Positions 22,248 to 31,885 are shown, numbered from the stretch's first letter. The stretch: DNA of 64,000 nucleotides from Chlamydiota bacterium (GCA_016178055.1 JACOUC010000036.1:9-64008), one strand, 5' to 3'. Notes: generated from the sequence alone by a model not told the origin. Numbers and translations: made by a program.

Positions 22248-24209
22248 ATGATCGCATTTCATAAAGAAATTCTAAAGAACTATGATCGGGCCTCTAAACG
22301 AGAATGGGTCGTCACCAATGGCCTGGGCGGTTACGCCTCTTCGACCATCTGTGGCGCCAATACTCGCCGATATCACGGCCTCCTGGTTGCAAGTATAGAG
22401 CCCCCCACCAACCGCATGGTCATTCTCTCTAAAGTAGAGGAAACCATTCACATCGATGGAAAATCCTATGATCTTTCTTGCAACAAATTTCCTGAAACCA
22501 TTCATCCGATGGGTCATCAACATTTAGAACTTTTTTCTTTTGAATTCTACCCCAAATTCATTTACTCCGTTGATGGGGTTCGACTCGAAAAAAATGTTTA
22601 TATGATTTTTGAAAAGAATGCGACAATTATTTTTTATCGCCTGCTTGAGAGTCCTAAACCGATTAAACTCAGTCTCATGAGTTTTGTGGCTTGTCGAAGA
22701 TTCCATGAACTCACCCATGAGAATCCTTTCTTTAATCCCAAAGTCGAATGTCAAGAGGGCCTACTCAGACTGAAGCCCTACAAAAATGCCCCGATGATTC
22801 ATTTCTTTTTTAGCCCTGCGCAATTTGCCGATAACCCATTATGGTATCAAAATTTTGAATATGAAAAGGAATACCGTCGAGGCCTGGATTATCGTGAAGA
22901 TTTATTTACCCCTGGCGACTTAACGTTTGACATCGCTCCGGGAGGCTCCTGTTTCCTGATTGTTTCAACCGACGAGCTTTCATCCTCAGATCTTCTTCAG
23001 GCAGAATTTAAAGAAACAGAACGAAAAAAACTGATTCTAAAAAATTGCAATAAAGACGATAAGCTTGCCTTTTCCCTCTTCTTGGCGGCAGATACTTTTC
23101 TTGTCCAAAGAGGAGAAAAAGGTTCTGCCTCTGTCATTGGGGGATATCACTGGTTTAGTGATTGGGGGCGTGACACCATGATCAGCCTTCCCGGACTTAC
23201 CTTAGCGACAGGTCGATTTGACCTTGCAAAAAGCATTCTCACCACCTATTCAAAATATTGTTCACAGGGAATGCTCCCGAACCGATTTCCTGATGAAGGA
23301 AAAGAGCCTGACTACAACACCGTCGATGCAACCCTGTGGTTTTTTAATGCGATCTACCAATATTTTCTTTATACCGGCGATGAAATTTTTATTCGCTCGA
23401 CGCTTTTTCCTGTTCTTAAAGATATGATTCACTGGCATGAACAGGGAACCCGCTATCAAATTCACGTGGAAGAGGACGGTCTTCTTTTTGCAGGAGAAAA
23501 AGGCAGCCAATTGACTTGGATGGATGCAAAAATTGGTGACAATGTCATCACTCCCCGTGTAGGGAAAGCCGTTGAAGTGAACGCCCTTTGGTATAACGCC
23601 CTCAAAATCATGGAATTTTTTTCCGATCGATTTGGTTTTCTCCCACTCAGAGACCATTATAGCTCAATGGCCGACCTGGCAAAAAAAAGTTTTAACCACC
23701 TCTTTTGGAATCCCGAACTCGAATGCCTCTATGATGTTATTCAAGAAAATCAGGGAGATCCGTCGATTCGCCCCAATCAAATTTTTTCAATCAGCCTTCC
23801 CTTCCCTATTCTTAAAACAGAGCACCATCGTCCCGTTTTAAAAATCATTGAACAAGAACTCCTCACCCCTTATGGGCTTCGAAGTCTCTCCCCTCAAAAT
23901 CCAAAATACACAGGAAAATATTCCGGTAACGCCATTGTCCGTGACAAATCTTATCATCAAGGAACCGTTTGGCCCTGGCTCTTGGGGCCCTATGTTACTT
24001 CTTTTTTAAAAGTCCATGGTCGTACGGGCCGCACCCTTGATAAAGTCAAAGAAATGCTTGAACCTTTTCGGGATCATCTTTATGAAAATGGCATTGGAAC
24101 CATCTCCGAACTCTTTGATGGAGACGCACCCCATGAGCCCAATGGATGCATTTCTCAGGCCTGGAGTGTTGCAGAAATTTTGAGAGTCGTTGTGGAAGAA
24201 CTGAAATAA
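22248..24209 (+). CDS. Glycogen debranching enzyme (amylo-alpha-1,6-glucosidase, archaeal/bacterial GDE type)
   Basis: 653 aa. N-terminal GDE_N-like segment (VVTNGLGGYASSTICGANTRRYHGLLVA) and a C-terminal (alpha/alpha)6 glucosidase domain (GYHWFSDWGRDTMISLPGL...QAWSVAE). Confidence 0.7.
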   Translation: MIAFHKEILKNYDRASKREWVVTNGLGGYASSTICGANTRRYHGLLVASIEPPTNRMVILSKVEETIHIDGKSYDLSCNKFPETIHPMGHQHLELFSFEFYPKFIYSVDGVRLEKNVYMIFEKNATIIFYRLLESPKPIKLSLMSFVACRRFHELTHENPFFNPKVECQEGLLRLKPYKNAPMIHFFFSPAQFADNPLWYQNFEYEKEYRRGLDYREDLFTPGDLTFDIAPGGSCFLIVSTDELSSSDLLQAEFKETERKKLILKNCNKDDKLAFSLFLAADTFLVQRGEKGSASVIGGYHWFSDWGRDTMISLPGLTLATGRFDLAKSILTTYSKYCSQGMLPNRFPDEGKEPDYNTVDATLWFFNAIYQYFLYTGDEIFIRSTLFPVLKDMIHWHEQGTRYQIHVEEDGLLFAGEKGSQLTWMDAKIGDNVITPRVGKAVEVNALWYNALKIMEFFSDRFGFLPLRDHYSSMADLAKKSFNHLFWNPELECLYDVIQENQGDPSIRPNQIFSISLPFPILKTEHHRPVLKIIEQELLTPYGLRSLSPQNPKYTGKYSGNAIVRDKSYHQGTVWPWLLGPYVTSFLKVHGRTGRTLDKVKEMLEPFRDHLYENGIGTISELFDGDAPHEPNGCISQAWSVAEILRVVVEELK

Positions 24210-24213
24210 AGCC

Positions 24214-24246
24214 TATTTCGAATCTCGGATTTCGAATTTCGAATTG
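24214..24246. repeat. Left inverted tandem-repeat array (ATTTCGA/ATTTCGG units) flanking the four-helix-bundle gene
   Basis: tcgaatctcggatttcgaatttcgaattg. Its reverse complement is found at 24617-24650 (aatccgagattcgaaatccgaaatccgaaatc). Confidence 0.6.
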
Positions 24247-24255
24247 AAAAACAAA

Positions 24256-24618
24256 ATGAATTCTCAAGAGTTAAAAACGAGGACTAAACTGTTTGGACTT
24301 AAAATCATTCTTTTGGTTGAAAAATTGCCACGTTCAAAAACATTGGATATTATAAATCGTCAACTTCTACGCTCTGCAACATCCATCGGGGCAAATTATA
24401 GAGCTGCATGTCGTGCAAGATCCAAAGCGGATTTTGTGTCAAAAATTGGCATTGTCGAAGAAGAATCCGATGAATCAGTTTATTGGCTTGAATTGCTTAT
24501 AGAAACTAAGCTGGTTACTGATACCCAAATACATGTCTTGCTTAAAGAAGCAAACGAGTTAACAGCGATCTTTACCGCAACAGGAAGAACTACAAAAGAA
24601 AAACAGAAAAATGAATAA
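24256..24618 (+). CDS. Four-helix-bundle protein (23S rRNA intervening-sequence-type, bAvd-like)
   Basis: The segment ELKTRTKLFGLKIILLVEKLPRSKTLDIINRQLLRSATSIGANYRAACRARSKADFVSKIGIVEEESDESVYWLELL matches the family consensus. The gene is bracketed by inverted 7-mer repeat arrays. Confidence 0.65.
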   Translation: MNSQELKTRTKLFGLKIILLVEKLPRSKTLDIINRQLLRSATSIGANYRAACRARSKADFVSKIGIVEEESDESVYWLELLIETKLVTDTQIHVLLKEANELTAIFTATGRTTKEKQKNE

Positions 24619-26113
24619 ATCCGAGATTCGAAATCCGAAATCCGAAATCAAGAGGCTTTCCCTCGAATCCCTTGCCCAAAATGCCCTCGATGAGGCTATT
24701 TCGCTTGGAGCTTCCTACGCCGATGTCCGATTAATTGAATCCACCAGCCGAAATCTGGCCACCAAAAATGGAGTTCCAACCAGTTTGGATATTGAAGAAT
24801 CGCAAGGCCTAGGAATCAGGCTTCTTTATCATGGGGCCTGGGGATTTGCGGCTACGCATGATCTTTCAAATGAAAATGTATTACGGACAGCCTTTAAAGC
24901 CATTAAAATTGCTAAGGCCAGCGCCCTCACAAAAAAAGAGCCTGTTCGACTGGCCGAAGAAAAACCGATTCAAACAGAATGGTCCAGCCCCTTCTCCATC
25001 GATCCTTTTTCAGTTCCTATTGAAGAGCAACTTAATTTTTTATTACAAATCGATGAAGAAATCAGAAAAACCAAAGGGATCAGCATCTCTGAAACATCCA
25101 TGCATTTTCATAAAGAACACAAACTTTTTCTCTCGAGCGAAGGAAGCCGTATTCTCCAGCACTTTATCACCAGTGGAGCAGGGTTTGTTGCGATGGCTTT
25201 TCGAGATGGAGAATTGCAAAAACGTTCTTACCCTAATTCCTTTGGGGGACAATACCAAAAAAAGGGTTATGAGCTCATTCAAGAGCTAGAACTTCTCAAA
25301 AACGTTCCAAGAATCGCTGAAGAAACCGTTCGCCTTTTAGATGCCCCCAGTTGCCCTGTTGGAGAAAAGGATCTCATTTTAGACAGCTCTCAACTCGGTC
25401 TTCAAATCCATGAATCGGTTGGACACCCTATTGAGCTCGATCGAGTGCTCGGAAGTGAGGCCAATTACGCCGGAAAAAGTTTTCTTACGCTAGATCAATT
25501 AAAAACCCTTCAGTACGGATCCCCTATTGTTCACGTCGTCGCTGACGCTAGACTTTCACATGGTCCAGGTCTCGGCACGTTTGGCTATGATGATGAGGGC
25601 GTCCCTGCACAAGGAACGGATATTATTCGAGAGGGACAATTTGTAGGCTATCTCTCCTCTCGCGAGACCGCTCAAGATATCGGCGAAACACGCAGCAATG
25701 GAACCATGCGAGCTGAAAGCTGGAATCGGATTCCATTAATCCGCATGACCAATATTAGCCTCATGCCAAAAAATTGGGACTTTGAAAACTTAATTGCAGA
25801 CACAAAAGATGGAATTTATTTAGAAACAAATCGAAGCTGGAGCATTGATGATCGTAGGCTCAATTTTCAATTTGGAACTGAAATAGGATGGGAAATTAAA
25901 AATGGCAAGAAGATGAATAGGGTCAAAAACCCAATTTATTGGGGAATCACACCCGAATTCTGGAACGCCTGCGATGCCATTTGTAGTGATCGATATTGGA
26001 CGCTCTGGGGAACTCCCAATTGTGGCAAAGGACAACCCTGCCAAACCATGGGAACAGGTCACGGTTCTAGTCCAGCTAGGTTTCGCGGGATAAAGGTTGG
26101 AGCCAGTCATTGA
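24611..26113 (+). CDS. TldD-family metallopeptidase (TldD/PmbA superfamily)
   Basis: 500 aa with family-wide conservation, including HESVGHPIELDRV and GYDDEGVP. The N-terminal roughly 15 codons are encoded by the repeat array, so the true start may lie downstream. Confidence 0.7.
   Translation: MNKSEIRNPKSEIKRLSLESLAQNALDEAISLGASYADVRLIESTSRNLATKNGVPTSLDIEESQGLGIRLLYHGAWGFAATHDLSNENVLRTAFKAIKIAKASALTKKEPVRLAEEKPIQTEWSSPFSIDPFSVPIEEQLNFLLQIDEEIRKTKGISISETSMHFHKEHKLFLSSEGSRILQHFITSGAGFVAMAFRDGELQKRSYPNSFGGQYQKKGYELIQELELLKNVPRIAEETVRLLDAPSCPVGEKDLILDSSQLGLQIHESVGHPIELDRVLGSEANYAGKSFLTLDQLKTLQYGSPIVHVVADARLSHGPGLGTFGYDDEGVPAQGTDIIREGQFVGYLSSRETAQDIGETRSNGTMRAESWNRIPLIRMTNISLMPKNWDFENLIADTKDGIYLETNRSWSIDDRRLNFQFGTEIGWEIKNGKKMNRVKNPIYWGITPEFWNACDAICSDRYWTLWGTPNCGKGQPCQTMGTGHGSSPARFRGIKVGASH
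24617..24650. repeat. Right inverted tandem-repeat array flanking the four-helix-bundle gene
   Basis: See the left arm. This arm overlaps the annotated 5' end of the following TldD-like ORF. Confidence 0.6.
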
Positions 26114-26118
26114 CAAGA

Positions 26119-26178
26119 AGATCTATAAACGCGGATCTAACGCAGATCTATAAACGCAGATCAAATGCGGATCTATTT
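26119..26178. repeat. Left tandem-repeat array (about 11 bp AACGCGGATCT units) flanking the GxxExxY gene
   Basis: gatctataaacgcggatctaacgcagatctataaacgcagatcaaatgcggatctat. The inverted copy of the array lies at 26590-26648. Confidence 0.6.
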
Positions 26179-26655
26179 ATGGCTATAGAAGAAAAATTGC
26201 TGTATCAGGAGATTACATATGAGATTAGAGGAGCGTGTTTCTGGATATGGAAGGAATTCGCAAGTGCATTCAAAGAATCTATCATTGATAAAGCCCTCAC
26301 GGAGGAACTCAAGAAAAGGGGACTTAAGGTTGATAACCAAAAACACATAGACATTTTCTACAACAAAAAGAAAGTAGGAACTTATATTCCTGATAAAGTT
26401 ATCAATGATTGTGTGCTCGTTGAACTCAAAAGAAAACCTTTTTTACTACGGCAAGATAAAGAACAATTGTGGCATTATTTAAAAGGATCCGAATACAAAT
26501 TGGGTTTGCTAATCAACTTTGGAGAAAACGAACTAGAGTTTGAACGCATCGCCTACGACACTAAAAGAAGATCAAAGAGAGATCAGCGCCAGATCCGCGT
26601 TGCAGATCCGCGTTTGATCCGCGTAGTAGATCCGCGTTTGATCCGCGAACAATGA
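26179..26655 (+). CDS. GxxExxY protein (rRNA intervening-sequence-type, PD-(D/E)XK-like)
   Basis: The segment ITYEIRGACFWIWKEFASAFKESIIDKALTEELKKRGLKVDNQKHIDIFYNKKKVGTYIPDKVINDCVLVELKRKPFLLRQDKEQLWHYLKGSEYKLGLLINFGENELEFERI matches the GxxExxY family. The C-terminal tail is read from the repeat array. Confidence 0.6.
   Translation: MAIEEKLLYQEITYEIRGACFWIWKEFASAFKESIIDKALTEELKKRGLKVDNQKHIDIFYNKKKVGTYIPDKVINDCVLVELKRKPFLLRQDKEQLWHYLKGSEYKLGLLINFGENELEFERIAYDTKRRSKRDQRQIRVADPRLIRVVDPRLIREQ
26590..26648. repeat. Right inverted tandem-repeat array (AGATCCGCGTT units) flanking the GxxExxY gene
   Basis: cagatccgcgttgcagatccgcgtttgatccgcgtagtagatccgcgtttgatccgcg. This is the reverse complement of the array at 26119-26178. 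Confidence 0.6.
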
Positions 26656-27992
26656 AAATACTCAAAGAGAAATCTGAACAAGTTTTTGATACGGTTTTCA
26701 AAACCAGTCAGGCTGATGAAACTGAAATTCATTTTAACTGGATCACCCATGCCCTCACCCGGTTTGCCAATAACGAGATTCATCAAAATATGGGGGACGA
26801 AGATATTGAAGTTTCGATTCGTTCATCCTTTGGAAAAAAAACGGCTCGGGTCACTACGAATAAAACGGACATGGAATATCTCAAAAAAATGACCCAGTTG
26901 TCAAATCATCTGGCTTCCCTAACCCCTGAGGATCCCGACCTTCTTCCCATGCCAGGGCCCCAAACTTATCCCACAGTGAAACACGCTTATGAAAGAACAG
27001 ATCACATCAAAGCTGAAACCAGAGCTCGTGCGGTTTCAGTCCCCATCAAAATCGCACAACTAAAAAATCTGACTTGCGCAGGTATTTTCGCAAATGATCT
27101 CACACGTCATGCCCTTGGAAATTCCAAAGGACTTCGAGCCTATTCTGAGGAAACCTACGCTGTTTTTTCAACCACCATGATGGATAACAAACTAGGTTCA
27201 GGTTGGGCAAAAATGGGTCACCCCGATTCTACTCAAATCCCCGTCGAAACCTTGGCCTTACAGGCTTCTGAAAAAGCTATTTTAAGTAAGAATCCGATTG
27301 ATATTTCTGCAGGTGCTTACACCGTGATTCTCGAACCCTCTGCTGTGCTTGATCTCCTTGAATTCATGCTTCTTGATTTTGGAGGACTTTCCGTTTTAGA
27401 ACAAAGGAGTGCCTTTACAGAAAAATTGGATAAAAAAATTTTTGGTTCAAATATTACTTTTAAGGATGATATTTATCACCCCTTACAATCAGGAGCCCCC
27501 TTTGACGGTGAAGGATTTCCAAAAAAGCAAATTGAGTTGGTCCAAAATGGCATTTTAAAAAATTTGGTCTATAGCCAATCAAGCGCTCTTCGCTCTCAAA
27601 AAAAGCCTACAGGCCATGGATTTCCGGTTCCCAACGCTTATGGAGAAGCACCCATGAATTTCGTCATGAACGGGGGAAACTCCTCCCTCAAGCAAATGAT
27701 TGAAGGAACGGATCGAGGGCTTCTCATGACTCGTTTCTGGTATATCCGTGAAGTCGATCCCATGCAAAAAATCTTGACGGGAATGACAAGAGATGGGACT
27801 TTTTTAATTGAAAATGGCGTTTTAAAATCGGCCGTTAAAAATTTAAGATTCAACGAAAGCTTATTTCATCTATTAAATAATGTGGTTGAATTAGGACCCA
27901 GTGTCCGTGCCTCTGGAGAGGAAGGAATGGATATGATTGTCCCTGCTTTAAAAGCGAACGATTTTCACTTTACAAGCAGTACTAAATATTAA
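26652..27992 (+). CDS. PmbA/TldD-family metallopeptidase (second member of the pair)
   Basis: 446 aa with overall TldD/PmbA family similarity. It lacks the TldD HExxxH-type segment, which fits PmbA/TldE. Confidence 0.65.
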   Translation: MKILKEKSEQVFDTVFKTSQADETEIHFNWITHALTRFANNEIHQNMGDEDIEVSIRSSFGKKTARVTTNKTDMEYLKKMTQLSNHLASLTPEDPDLLPMPGPQTYPTVKHAYERTDHIKAETRARAVSVPIKIAQLKNLTCAGIFANDLTRHALGNSKGLRAYSEETYAVFSTTMMDNKLGSGWAKMGHPDSTQIPVETLALQASEKAILSKNPIDISAGAYTVILEPSAVLDLLEFMLLDFGGLSVLEQRSAFTEKLDKKIFGSNITFKDDIYHPLQSGAPFDGEGFPKKQIELVQNGILKNLVYSQSSALRSQKKPTGHGFPVPNAYGEAPMNFVMNGGNSSLKQMIEGTDRGLLMTRFWYIREVDPMQKILTGMTRDGTFLIENGVLKSAVKNLRFNESLFHLLNNVVELGPSVRASGEEGMDMIVPALKANDFHFTSSTKY

Positions 27993-28018
27993 TAAAATCC
28001 AAAATTTAAACATCAAAA

Positions 28019-28105
28019 ATCAAAATGACATCTCAAAATCCAAAATATATCTATGTCATAGATCATGAAATCATTTTAAATTTTAATATGTCATTTTGAT
28101 TTTTG
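28019..28105 (+). terminator. Possible long-loop hairpin downstream of the pmbA-like gene: 13 bp stem atcaaaatgacat / atgtcattttgat followed by TTTTTG
   Basis: Inverted 13-mers at about 28019-28031 and 28088-28100 in an AT-rich intergenic region. It could instead be an operator for the downstream mqn gene. Confidence 0.25.
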
Positions 28106-28221
28106 TCATCATGAACTTTCAGTCCACCCAAGTGGATGAAAATTGAGTTCCTCCCCTTTGGGGTACAAAGGAGGGAAATAGCCAGTAACAACGTCTCATT
28201 TTCATGACTGAATTTTGATTT

Positions 28222-29085
28222 TTGGAATATCGAAAGGATACTATGTTTTACTCTAAAACTAAAATGTCTCTTAAACTCGCCCACAGTCCCGACGCCGATG
28301 ACGCATTCATGTTTTACGGTCTAGCCAAAGGTTTTGTTCCGTCTGAAGAAATTGAATTCACACATATCTTAAGCGATATCGAAACCCTTAATCAAAAAGC
28401 CAAAGAAGGGATTTATGAAGTCACCGCCCTTTCAGTCCATGCCTATCCTTATGTCAGCGACCGCTATAACATTTTAAAATCTGGCGCAAGCATTGGAGAT
28501 AACTATGGCCCCCTTTTAGTCGCTCGAGAAAAAATGAGCATTGAAGATCTTAAATGGAAAATCATTGCGGTTCCCGGAACCCTGACCACAGCTTATCTTG
28601 CTCTTAAACTTTTTGACCGAAATATTCGAACCAAAATCATTCCTTTCAATCAAATTATTGCAGCCGTGGAAAAAAAAGAAGTGGATGTTGGCCTGATCAT
28701 TCATGAAGGACAGCTTACATTTTCAAAAAATGGCCTTCATAAAATTTTAGATTTAGGAGTTTGGTGGAACGAAACAACCGGACTTCCTCTTCCCCTCGGA
28801 GTGAACGGAATTCGAAAAGATTTAGAACCCTCTCTTCAGAAAAAAATCGCCCGTCTTATTAAAGAAAGTATTTGTTATTCACTTTCCCATCGAAAAGAAG
28901 CGGTAGAGTACGCCCTTCAATTTGCTCGTGGAATGGATCCCGTCCTTGCGGATAAATTTATTGGCATGTATGTGAACGACGACACCATTGAAATGAGCGA
29001 GCAAAGCCAAAAAGCCATTGACGTCCTTCTCACTAGAGCCTTTGAGGAAGGATTAATCCTCCAAAAAAAATTAGAATATATCTAA
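28222..29085 (+). CDS. MqnA/MqnD-family menaquinone (futalosine pathway) biosynthesis protein
   Basis: 287 aa. Periplasmic-binding-protein-like fold of the VitK2_biosynth family (SLKLAHSPDADDAFMFYGL). The start could be 28222, 28243 or 28264. Confidence 0.6.
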   Translation: MEYRKDTMFYSKTKMSLKLAHSPDADDAFMFYGLAKGFVPSEEIEFTHILSDIETLNQKAKEGIYEVTALSVHAYPYVSDRYNILKSGASIGDNYGPLLVAREKMSIEDLKWKIIAVPGTLTTAYLALKLFDRNIRTKIIPFNQIIAAVEKKEVDVGLIIHEGQLTFSKNGLHKILDLGVWWNETTGLPLPLGVNGIRKDLEPSLQKKIARLIKESICYSLSHRKEAVEYALQFARGMDPVLADKFIGMYVNDDTIEMSEQSQKAIDVLLTRAFEEGLILQKKLEYI

Positions 29086-29237
29086 TATAACTCCCTTTTT
29101 AGCAATGAGTTATCGATGTTCAAAACTGTTTAATGTCAGGATTCATTTTCCCTTGACATCGCCCACTCAGCAGCGTGAGAATGGGGGTAAGAGGTCTTAT
29201 AAAGAGACCTTGTGGTGTTAGTAAAAGCAGAATAAAG

Positions 29238-29345
29238 CAAGGTTATAGCCCGATAAAGGCAAACTATTCGAAAGAATGGGGCGCAAAGTTACAGATCCGA
29301 AGATTTTGAGTTCGTGAATCGTATAACATTCCACGAGTCAGGAAC
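29238..29345 (+). ncRNA. c-di-GMP-I (GEMM) riboswitch aptamer
   Basis: GGCAAACTATTCGAAAGAATGGGGCGCAAAG aligns closely with the Vc2 aptamer GGCAAACCAUUCGAAAGAGUGGGACGCAAAG, including the P1 GAAA tetraloop stem. It is followed by an intrinsic terminator and a pilin-like gene. A TTGACA is present at 29152-29157. Confidence 0.55.
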
Positions 29346-29403
29346 CCAGAGTCAGGGTGGCTGAACTGCCAAAGGCTGTGAACTTAGAGTTCCTTTGTGC
29401 ACA

Positions 29404-29435
29404 CCTGTTCTTCGAATAGAAGAACAGGTTTTTTT
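29404..29435 (+). terminator. Intrinsic terminator, likely the riboswitch expression platform
   Basis: Stem cctgttcttc/gaagaacagg with loop GAATA, then 7 Ts, immediately 5' of the pilin-like gene start region. Confidence 0.6.
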
Positions 29436-29456
29436 ATGGGCACGAAGAGGAACTCT

Positions 29457-30494
29457 ATGAAAAAGCGACGGGTCAAAGAATTTAGTCTGGGATTCAGTCT
29501 GATCGAAGTTGTTTCAGGCATTGCGATTATTCTAAGCATTGCAGGACTTCTCTTATCTGCAATTACATCCGCACGAGAAAAAGGACTCCAAGCAAAATGC
29601 ATCAGCAACCAGAAGAATTTAACCGCAGCGCTCATCATGTATGCTGTCGACCATGAAAATTTTCCGACAGAACTTGCCCAACTAAAATTATCCCCTCTCC
29701 AAAAAGAACGTCTATCTGGAGCATGGGTTTACGCTGATTCTTCCGTACCATTTTACTACGACTTACAATTTGGAGTCACTCAATGTCCTAAGGTACAAGG
29801 TAAAATTACAGATCCAACACCCACTTACTCCTATGGAATTAATGAATGGGTTCAAGGAAAAAGTCTAAGCCTTATTACGAACCCTTCCGAAACCATCGTC
29901 ACCTCTGACAGTCTTAACAAGGCCGCTATCTCAAGCGTCCAGGATGTCGACCCTCGCCACATGGGAGGAGCCTTTGCCGGCTTTGCGGACGGCCATGTAG
30001 AGTTAGTCAAATTCTCTCAACTTGAAACCTTTTTCACTTCAAGTGACACATCCTCTTCTTTAAACACGACTGACACTTTCCCCTCTCTTCCTGAAGGGGA
30101 TACAACAGGCGGCATTCTTTTTTACCGTGGCGGGGTCCCCACTGAGGAACCAGTAGCCGATGAGAATGAAGATGTTGAAGACAATGATGACTCTGCTGAA
30201 AGTGAAGACAGCCCTCCTTCAGACGAAGATGAAACAGAAGGGAAAAATTCTGAAGATGAAAATGAAGATGAAAATATTGAAGAACCCATCGAAGAAAATG
30301 ACGAAGAAGATCTTGAGGATCCTACTAAAGACGAAGAAGACCTTGAGGATACCGAAAATGATGATGATTCGGGAGAGGCTCACGATAATAACGGACATGG
30401 CAATAATGAGGACCACGATGACGAAGACAATCCTGGTCAAGGTAATGGAGATCACGGACATGACCACGACGAAGATACCGAGGACCTCCCATGA
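29457..30494 (+). CDS. Prepilin-type N-terminal cleavage/methylation domain plus DUF1559 pseudopilin-like protein with an acidic C-terminal tail
   Basis: N-terminus MKKRRVKEFSLGFSLIEVVSGIAIILSIAGLL (GF(S/T)LIE motif). The DUF1559 C-terminal motif is HMGGAFAGFADGHVELVKF. The D/E/H-rich tail is low-complexity. Confidence 0.6.
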   Translation: MKKRRVKEFSLGFSLIEVVSGIAIILSIAGLLLSAITSAREKGLQAKCISNQKNLTAALIMYAVDHENFPTELAQLKLSPLQKERLSGAWVYADSSVPFYYDLQFGVTQCPKVQGKITDPTPTYSYGINEWVQGKSLSLITNPSETIVTSDSLNKAAISSVQDVDPRHMGGAFAGFADGHVELVKFSQLETFFTSSDTSSSLNTTDTFPSLPEGDTTGGILFYRGGVPTEEPVADENEDVEDNDDSAESEDSPPSDEDETEGKNSEDENEDENIEEPIEENDEEDLEDPTKDEEDLEDTENDDDSGEAHDNNGHGNNEDHDDEDNPGQGNGDHGHDHDEDTEDLP

Positions 30495-30579
30495 TGGCAT
30501 CGATGATGACGAGATGGGAGGAGGAAACAAAAGTGGAGATGATGAGGATACTACTTCTAAAGGAAAGAAAAAATGAGTG

Positions 30580-31797
30580 TTACCGATCCCGCCCAGGTCT
30601 ACCTACTCCTGAGTCTCCCCCAGACATTCCAGGGTCATGAACATCAGTTCCAGAATGATCCCCTATCCCTCTACCCTCAGGTGCGTGAGATTCAATAGGC
30701 CCTATACCTCCATCCCCACCATGGGAAGGGCCTGGACTTTCAACAGCATTGGAAATGGTTTCCCTCAAAGATGAAGCAACACTCTCTCTTACATGACCTG
30801 ATGGAGCTCCAGAACCTAAATTTGAAGATGAAGGAAGATTAAGATTCAAATGAGCAGCTCCTTGATTTCTATCAAAATCCGGCCTCGAAAAATCCATTCT
30901 TCCCAACCCATTTTTAAAATCATTTCCTAATGTCTTAAAGTCATTCCCCTGAAGTTTCAGTGCATCCTTAAATTCTTGAAGGTCTTTGAAATCAAATTTT
31001 CCTCTGAGATCTTCTTTGATATTCTCCGCCCAATTTACATTTTGATGATTCTCTTGATATTCTTCATGAAGCTCTTTTAATTTCTTTTTAATTTTATGCC
31101 TTACCTTGCCATACCCTGGCCTTCCCTCTTCCATATTTTGACTGCCAGAATTAATAGTATCTGTCAGTCCTCCCGTTGAAGAACCTCCTCCAAACGAAGT
31201 CGGAGAACTCCAAAAATTACTACCTCCCACAAATCCTTCGTAATAATAATTATTTGAGGAATCACCCCCTTGAGCACTATCCTGGGTTGTATTTAAAGAT
31301 GAAGAATCACCCCCTGAACTCCCTGAACTACTCGTTCCTGAACTGCTCGTTCCGCCACTGCTTTCATTACTTGTATCCGTATTTGTATTTGAGTTTTCTT
31401 GATGATGTTTAATCAATTTTTTAATGACCTTTCGCCTACGTTGACGACGTTCTTTGGGAGATAATTTGCCATGGCCTAAAAGAGTTCCTTCCTTCAAATT
31501 TTTTAAATTTGGATTTTTCGGATTTCCTTTATTTCCATCTCCCTTTTTTCCTTTTCCTCCCGGCTGATCGCTATGAACCTCGCCCTCGCCCTTCTGACCA
31601 TGATGGTCTTGAACAGTTTCCGAACGCTTTTCTTCATGAGATCCCTCTCCTCCAGAAGACGGGTTATTACTCTGATTCACCTGTTCTCCAGGAGAGGAGG
31701 CCAGAGGGTCTCCTTCTCCAGAAGGCCCAGCGTCTGAAGAGAATCCACTGATGACAAACAAGGTGAGAAAAACAATTAGAGAAACCTTTCGTCCCAT
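30580..31797 (-). CDS. Secreted low-complexity (G/S/N-rich) protein of unknown function
   Basis: The signal peptide MGRKVSLIVFLTLFVISGFSS starts from ATG 31797, with GGGAG upstream. Long G/S/T-rich and basic segments follow. Confidence 0.45.
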   Translation of the reverse strand: MGRKVSLIVFLTLFVISGFSSDAGPSGEGDPLASSPGEQVNQSNNPSSGGEGSHEEKRSETVQDHHGQKGEGEVHSDQPGGKGKKGDGNKGNPKNPNLKNLKEGTLLGHGKLSPKERRQRRRKVIKKLIKHHQENSNTNTDTSNESSGGTSSSGTSSSGSSGGDSSSLNTTQDSAQGGDSSNNYYYEGFVGGSNFWSSPTSFGGGSSTGGLTDTINSGSQNMEEGRPGYGKVRHKIKKKLKELHEEYQENHQNVNWAENIKEDLRGKFDFKDLQEFKDALKLQGNDFKTLGNDFKNGLGRMDFSRPDFDRNQGAAHLNLNLPSSSNLGSGAPSGHVRESVASSLRETISNAVESPGPSHGGDGGIGPIESHAPEGRGIGDHSGTDVHDPGMSGGDSGVGRPGRDR

Positions 31798-31885
31798 AAA
31801 AGAATCTCCCATTACATTATAGCATGTAAAAGGAAAGGCGGTAGGGTAGCGGTAAATTTTACATAATATACTAGAGAGCAATAAG

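Noticed and set aside
30160-30576. ORFs 30160..30576 (+) and 30219..30530 (-) with K/M-rich or I/F-rich repeats
   Set aside because: They are alternative frames of the GA-rich DNA encoding the acidic tail of the pseudopilin, so they are frame artefacts of low-complexity sequence.
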